Source: Alphaproteobacteria bacterium
GTDB lineage: Bacteria; Pseudomonadota; Alphaproteobacteria; UBA828
Length of the DNA stretch: 64,000 nt
Assembly (NCBI GenBank): GCA_963422645.2
Contig: CAXXVO010000014.1
Location: 128,001 to 192,000 of the forward strand
Direction: 5' to 3'
A program made the translations under genes and the position numbers. The notes under the pieces are model-generated. The model was not told the origin of the DNA and made no database searches. It saw only the letters and a program-made list of their open reading frames with translations. Of the stretch, positions 62,284 to 64,000 are shown in pieces (the stretch's first letter is position 1; each line of letters opens with the position of its first letter).

Positions 62284-64000
62284 ATGGCAGAAGCAGCATT
62301 GACGCTCGACGAGGTGCCGCGCGAGGAGCTGGAATCGGCTGTGATTCGCTTCGCCGGGGATTCTGGCGACGGCATGCAGTTGACCGGTGGGCGTTTCACC
62401 GAGACCGCGGCGCTCGCCGGAAACGACCTCACCACCTTCCCGGATTTCCCGGCCGAGATCAGAGCGCCGATCGGCACCACCTATGGCGTCTCGGCCTTCC
62501 AGATCAACTTCGGATCGCGCAACGTGATGACCTCCGGCGACCTGCCGGACGTGCTCGTCTGCATGAATCCCGCCGCGCTCAAGGTCAATCTCTCCGAGCT
62601 CAGGGAAGGCGGCCTGGTCATCGTCGATAGCGGCACCTTCACCGACAAGAACCTGCAAAAGGCGGGCTACGAGTCCAATCCCCTCGACGACGACAGCCTC
62701 TCCCGCTACCGGGTGATGGCCATCGATATCTCGAAGCTGACCCTGGAGGCGGTCAAGCACTGCGACGTCTCCAAGAAGGAGGGGCTCCGCGCCAAGAACC
62801 TGTGGACCCTGGGCCTGATCTACTGGATGTACGACCGCGACGTGGCGGCGACGGTGGAATGGCTCGGCACCAAGTTCAAGAAGCTGCCTAACATCGCGGC
62901 CGCCAATATCGCCTGCCTCAAGGCGGGCCACGCCTTCGGCGAGACGGCCGAGCTTCCCGACGGTGCTCTGGTCTACGAGATCAGGCCCGCAACCTTCAAG
63001 CCGGGGCTCTACCGCACCGTCACCGGGACCGAAGCGCTGGCCTGGGGTCTCGTGGCGGGATCGCAGCTCGCCGGGCTCAAGCTGGTGTTCAGCTCCTACC
63101 CGATCACGCCGGCGTCTTCGGTGCTGCACGTGCTCTCCCGGCTCAAGGCCTATGACGTGTTGACCTTCCAGGCCGAGGACGAGATTGCCGCGGCCGGCGC
63201 CGCGATCGGCGCGTCCTACGCTGGCGCCCTCGGCGTCACCTCGAGCTCGGGCCCCGGCGTGGCACTCAAGACCGAGGCGCTCGGCCTCGCGATTACCGCC
63301 GAGCTGCCGCTGATTCTGATCAATTCCCAGCGCGCCGGCCCGTCTACGGGTATGCCGACCAAGACCGAGCAGTCGGATCTCTACCTCGCCGTCTACGGGC
63401 GCAACGCCGATGCGCCGCTGGTGGTGCTCGCGGCTCGCTCGTCGGCGGAAGCGTTCGATGTCGCCATCGAGGCGGTGCGTCTGGCGACCCGCTATATGAC
63501 ACCGGTGGTGGTGCTGAGCGATACCTTCATCGCCAACGCGGCGGAGCCGTGGCGGCTGCCCGATGTCGGTACGCTCAAGCCCTTCCCGGTGACCTTCCAC
63601 ACCGAAGCGGAGGGCTTCCAACCCTACCGGCGGGATGAGGAGACGCTGGCGCGGCGCTGGGTGAAGCCGGGCACGCCCGGCCTCGAGCACCGCATCGGCG
63701 GGCTGGAGAAGGACTACACGACGGGCAACGTCTCCTACGACCCCGAGAACCATCAACGCATGACCGACGTGCGGCACGAGAAGATCGCCAACATCGCGGA
63801 CGACATTCCCGAGCAGGAGGTCGATCAAGGGCCCGACCATGGAGCGATCGCGGTGGTCGGCTGGGGCTCGACCTACGGGCCGATCAGCCGGGCCGTCGAG
63901 CGCAGCCGGGACGAGTACGGCATCGACGTTGCGCACATCCACCTGCGCTACCTCAACCCGCTGCCGCGCAATCTTGGCGACCTGCTCGCGAGCTACGAGA
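62284..64000 (+). CDS. 2-oxoacid:acceptor (ferredoxin) oxidoreductase alpha subunit, truncated by window end
   Basis: Hand translation: MAEAA...IRFAGDSGDGMQLTG, FPAEIRAP, SYPITPAS, QAEDEIAA, QRAGPSTG; missing from the ORF track because there is no stop in the window. Confidence 0.92.
   Translation, partial: MAEAALTLDEVPREELESAVIRFAGDSGDGMQLTGGRFTETAALAGNDLTTFPDFPAEIRAPIGTTYGVSAFQINFGSRNVMTSGDLPDVLVCMNPAALKVNLSELREGGLVIVDSGTFTDKNLQKAGYESNPLDDDSLSRYRVMAIDISKLTLEAVKHCDVSKKEGLRAKNLWTLGLIYWMYDRDVAATVEWLGTKFKKLPNIAAANIACLKAGHAFGETAELPDGALVYEIRPATFKPGLYRTVTGTEALAWGLVAGSQLAGLKLVFSSYPITPASSVLHVLSRLKAYDVLTFQAEDEIAAAGAAIGASYAGALGVTSSSGPGVALKTEALGLAITAELPLILINSQRAGPSTGMPTKTEQSDLYLAVYGRNADAPLVVLAARSSAEAFDVAIEAVRLATRYMTPVVVLSDTFIANAAEPWRLPDVGTLKPFPVTFHTEAEGFQPYRRDEETLARRWVKPGTPGLEHRIGGLEKDYTTGNVSYDPENHQRMTDVRHEKIANIADDIPEQEVDQGPDHGAIAVVGWGSTYGPISRAVERSRDEYGIDVAHIHLRYLNPLPRNLGDLLASYE

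Overview
High-GC window, most likely from an alphaproteobacterium (petABC order, dimeric-type NADP-IDH, LysM/Ig-like cell-surface protein); the organism call is an inference. Ordinary metabolic genes: SurE end, branched-chain ABC transporter with two acetoacetate-decarboxylase-family genes, SDR, GMC oxidoreductase, UxaA-like dehydratase, M24 peptidase, acyl-CoA ligase and crotonase, class III aminotransferase with hydantoinase/oxoprolinase A/B, cytochrome bc1, Fhs, Icd, LOG protein, cytochrome c, MarR, ferredoxin-NADP reductase, sugar ABC transporter and a 2-oxoacid oxidoreductase alpha subunit. Two clusters of nested insertion sequences (17.2-28.0 kb and 38.8-48.7 kb) can be unpicked base by base from terminal inverted repeats (IR) and target-site duplications (TSD). 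They hold two copies of a single-ORF IS66 (type A), one IS3, one IS21 and three copies of an unclassified 2.5-kb DDE element (type X) whose stop codon is completed by the target base. They also hold two divergent IS66-family elements (type B) that each carry a compact Dam-like N6-adenine methyltransferase translationally coupled to the transposase, with a conserved promoter and an RBS-sequestering hairpin. The MTase-IS66 module is the best candidate for an undescribed system. The insertions disrupt a low-GC secreted protein gene and a lipoprotein S8 protease gene, both of which rejoin in frame when the elements are removed. No CRISPR array, rRNA or tRNA was seen.
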